From a virus, in UHGV virus genome UHGV-0111502: a DNA stretch of 13,045 nt. The stretch is one strand, 5' to 3'. Shown here piece after piece: positions 10,486 to 13,045 of the stretch. The translations under genes and the position numbers were made by a program. The notes beneath the pieces were generated by a model. That model saw only the letters and a program-made list of their open reading frames with translations, was not told the origin of the DNA and searched no databases. Positions within the stretch are counted from its first letter, which is position 1. Every line of letters starts with the position of its first letter.

Positions 10486-11342
10486 TATTCGCACTCACCA
10501 ACCAGATTGAGAATGACCGCTGCACCGTCGTCTTCCATGCATTCACCCTTACCACTTGCCAGAAACCAGCGGCACACCTCCACGGCTTCAGCGCGTGTCA
10601 CCGGTTTGATGGTTGCCAGCAATTTTTCAAGGTAGCGCTCGCGGTCATATACCGATTCGTGATGCTCAGAGTAACCAAACTCATCGCCCTGTTCTTTAGT
10701 TGCAGTGTGGCGAACACTGTAGAGCCAGTCCCAGTAAACGAACTCGCGAACAACATCAGACAGCGTATAAGGCTCAGGCAGCACATCGCGATATCCATCA
10801 ACAAATGCCCGACGCTGTTCATCAATTTCGTTCATGCGGCTGCCGCCAATGCTTCCGGCTTTTTTCTCTGCCGCAGTCCAGCCCCAGAGATGATCGTTGA
10901 TAAATTTCTGGGAAGACCTGATGACCCGCTCTGCTTCCACATCTTCGAGCGCTGCTTCATAGCTACCAAACGTAGCCCTGACTGATGCCGCTTTTTTGAT
11001 GTTCTCCCGGGCGTTCCTGATAACCTGCGCAGGGTTATCCATGCCGATGATGCCGAACGCAACTTGGAAAGGTTCGTAACCATTCGCCAGCAGATAACGC
11101 GAATAGCGTTCCTGAGCCTCTTTTGGGGAAATTTTAATTTTCACCAGCGCAGCCTCAGCAGCATCCAGATGTGCGGGTTCGTTCAGACGGATAACCTCCA
11201 GCACCCAAAGATAAGCATCAGTCTGCTTATGCCCGGTGATTCTCCGTTGCTCTGGCAGGGGCTTGATGTTTGCGAGGGCGGAGCTGTACGCTGCCGTCGG
11301 GATGGTGAATAGTGCTTTATGTTCGTTATTATCAGTACGCAT
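10485..11342 (-). CDS. Uncharacterised 285-aa protein in the nin-region position between the primase-like gene and Q
   Basis: Long ORF with typical coding composition. Its ATG at 11342-11340 overlaps the stop of the Toprim gene (TAATG) and its stop overlaps the Q ATG (TAATG), so it is translationally coupled on both sides. No family recognised by inspection. Confidence 0.6.
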   Translation of the reverse strand: MRTDNNEHKALFTIPTAAYSSALANIKPLPEQRRITGHKQTDAYLWVLEVIRLNEPAHLDAAEAALVKIKISPKEAQERYSRYLLANGYEPFQVAFGIIGMDNPAQVIRNARENIKKAASVRATFGSYEAALEDVEAERVIRSSQKFINDHLWGWTAAEKKAGSIGGSRMNEIDEQRRAFVDGYRDVLPEPYTLSDVVREFVYWDWLYSVRHTATKEQGDEFGYSEHHESVYDRERYLEKLLATIKPVTRAEAVEVCRWFLASGKGECMEDDGAAVILNLVGECE

Positions 11343-12310
11343 TACGCAACCGCCTTTTTCTTATGGAAAACCAGCTCTCGAACCTGATCACCGTTCATGA
11401 GCATATTGTTGAAATCATCGTGATCCGGCCAGTACACGCTCACGCGCTGCAGGTCATTCTTTGCCATCAGATTGGCATGAGCACATTCGCAAGCCGCAGC
11501 CAGCCCGGTGGCGCTGTTCTCGTCACGGTCGGCAAAAATAATCAGGTGCAGAACACCAGCTGGTACGCGAAACTTTTTCATAAAGCCGCTGTTAATGGTT
11601 GCCCAGGTGTTCACGTTATAAATCTGGTGCGCTGACAGCGCTGTTTCGATGCCTTCGGCGATACCCAGAGTGCTGGCGACAGGAAACATGCGGATAGCTA
11701 CAGAACGAGCGTGATCCAAATAGTTATCTTCCTGCAGGGATTTGAGGCGCTTTGCACTGCTACCGATATCTGCTTTTTTATCACCATCAAGCAGAGTCTG
11801 GTGCAGATAGCACAACTCCCCTTTATCGTCCGTAGCAAGTGAATAAAGAGACTGGAACACACTCCCGTTGTGTCTCTGCCTGGCATTGAACCGGATCGCC
11901 TCAGCAGGAAGACTGAATATTCCACGAGAATTAAGATACGCTGCGCCGGATGTACCACGCAGTGCCTCCAGTTTTGAAAACTTGCTCAATACCCGTTTGC
12001 GTAAGCTGGTGGCGCTGCTGGTTACCGGGATTTTAACCCGTTGGTAATCATTACCGATCAGGCGGTCTATTTCGGTACAAATCTCGTTAAATGGCTTCGC
12101 CTGTGTCAGGGTGACAAGTTTCATACCATCGCCACTACCACATACACAGATCCACGTTCCTGCACCGTCGCGGTCGTCAATTCGGAACTTGCCACGTGCA
12201 CCGCATACCGGGCATTCACCCTTGAAGTGATTTTTTCCGGTTATCGGCGGCAGACCGAAGTGCTCTAATATTTCAGGCCAGCGGCCTTTCGCTGCATCTG
12301 CTGTTTTCAT
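11342..12310 (-). CDS. Primase-like protein: N-terminal zinc-ribbon (CxxC...CxC) plus Toprim-type domain
   Basis: 322-aa ORF. N-terminus GECPVCGARGKFRIDDRDGAGTWICVCGSG is a primase-type zinc-binding motif. C-terminal half has an acidic Toprim-like signature (LHLIIFADRDENSATGL...YWPDHDDFNNM). ATG at 12310 lies 1 nt after the helicase stop. Confidence 0.65.
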   Translation of the reverse strand: MKTADAAKGRWPEILEHFGLPPITGKNHFKGECPVCGARGKFRIDDRDGAGTWICVCGSGDGMKLVTLTQAKPFNEICTEIDRLIGNDYQRVKIPVTSSATSLRKRVLSKFSKLEALRGTSGAAYLNSRGIFSLPAEAIRFNARQRHNGSVFQSLYSLATDDKGELCYLHQTLLDGDKKADIGSSAKRLKSLQEDNYLDHARSVAIRMFPVASTLGIAEGIETALSAHQIYNVNTWATINSGFMKKFRVPAGVLHLIIFADRDENSATGLAAACECAHANLMAKNDLQRVSVYWPDHDDFNNMLMNGDQVRELVFHKKKAVA

Positions 12311-12311
12311 C

Positions 12312-13045
12312 TTACTGACTCAGATTGTTTATATTTTTCTGGAGTTGGTGCTTTGCCTGCATGATGCGCCAGGCCTCACTGCCTGCCGGTATCTCACGTC
12401 GTTCATCACGTTCCTGAGATAAATCAATCGTTGTTTGTGCGTTTTCAGTGACCTTCTGAACCCGCTGGTGGCCTTTGGCAAACCGGATCAGTTTGTGTCT
12501 GATGTAGTTATTTACCTCAGGGGTAATTTCCATCGGAAAGTTACTCAGTCCGTCAGGCCACTCACCGAACTTTTCCCGGAAAGTGTGAGCACACCATCCG
12601 TCACTGACTGGACGCCCCAGCGAAGCACGCTGGCGCTGATAAAATTTGATCTGACTCCACCAGGACTGTTTCTCTGCCTTCGTCGACTGATGCTGATTTT
12701 TACCCAGCTTATTAAGTTTGCGGCTAGTGTCAGTATCAACGTCTTCACCTCGCAGCGGCTTGTGTCCACATTTCGGGCAAACATAGACGCCTGCTGGCTT
12801 CATGTAGTGGCATTGAGGGCATTCATGTGGCAGTTTTTCGGCCCGTTCCTCAACTGCCCGGCGCGCGCTTTCCTCCATGCCGTCAGACTTACCGGGAAGC
12901 TCGTCGTACTCGATTGAATCCGGATAACCCAAACGGTGCACGGTGCCGCTGTGATCGAAGATAAGGCAGGACTCTTTACCCGGTGCGGTGCGCAGCCCAC
13001 GCCTGAGCGCCTGCAACCAGCGAATTTCGCTTTTTGTTGTCCTGG
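12312..13045 (-). CDS. Helicase (SF2-like) C-terminal portion with zinc-ribbon; gene continues beyond the window edge
   Basis: Reading frame is open to the window end. ...EIRWLQALRRGLRTAPGKESCLIFDH resembles helicase motif VI (Q-x-x-G-R-x-x-R), followed by the Cys pairs CPQCHYMKPAGVYVCPKCGH. The track start at 13016 is a TTG inside the frame, not a real start. Confidence 0.65.
   Translation of the reverse strand, partial: RTTKSEIRWLQALRRGLRTAPGKESCLIFDHSGTVHRLGYPDSIEYDELPGKSDGMEESARRAVEERAEKLPHECPQCHYMKPAGVYVCPKCGHKPLRGEDVDTDTSRKLNKLGKNQHQSTKAEKQSWWSQIKFYQRQRASLGRPVSDGWCAHTFREKFGEWPDGLSNFPMEITPEVNNYIRHKLIRFAKGHQRVQKVTENAQTTIDLSQERDERREIPAGSEAWRIMQAKHQLQKNINNLSQ

Noticed and set aside
10429-10985. 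182-aa and 68-aa plus-strand ORFs, and 75-aa and 83-aa minus-strand ORFs, overlapping the 285-aa gene
   Set aside because: These are alternative-frame or antisense frames within a longer translationally coupled ORF, and several begin at non-ATG codons reported as M by the track.

Overview
This window reads as a defective, mosaic lambdoid prophage of an enterobacterium (E. coli-like), lying in reverse orientation so that phage rightward genes are on the minus strand. From high to low coordinates: a replication/nin-type operon (partial SF2-like helicase, zinc-ribbon/Toprim primase-like protein, uncharacterised 285-aa protein, phage-82/QuuD-type Q antiterminator), a candidate late promoter and tR'-like terminator, an oppositely oriented full-length NmpC/Lc-type porin, a long AT-rich porin upstream region, a degraded lysis cassette (a 65-codon holin-N-terminus/endolysin-C-terminus fusion remnant, then intact Rz with embedded Rz1), a Rha-family gene, two small plus-strand genes (YbcV-like, lambdap79/YlcI-like), a lambda-type cos site, terminase Nu1 and A, gpW, a portal gene cut at about codon 211, and a three-gene tail-fibre-like cluster. 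The two main observations are the lysis-cassette deletion and the portal/tail-fibre deletion junction that removes all head and tail-shaft genes. No tRNA, rRNA, CRISPR array, IS element or integrase is visible. All homology calls come from reading the translations and from remembered reference sequences; nothing was searched or computed. The supplied ORF track reports GTG/TTG starts as M, so several starts were re-derived.
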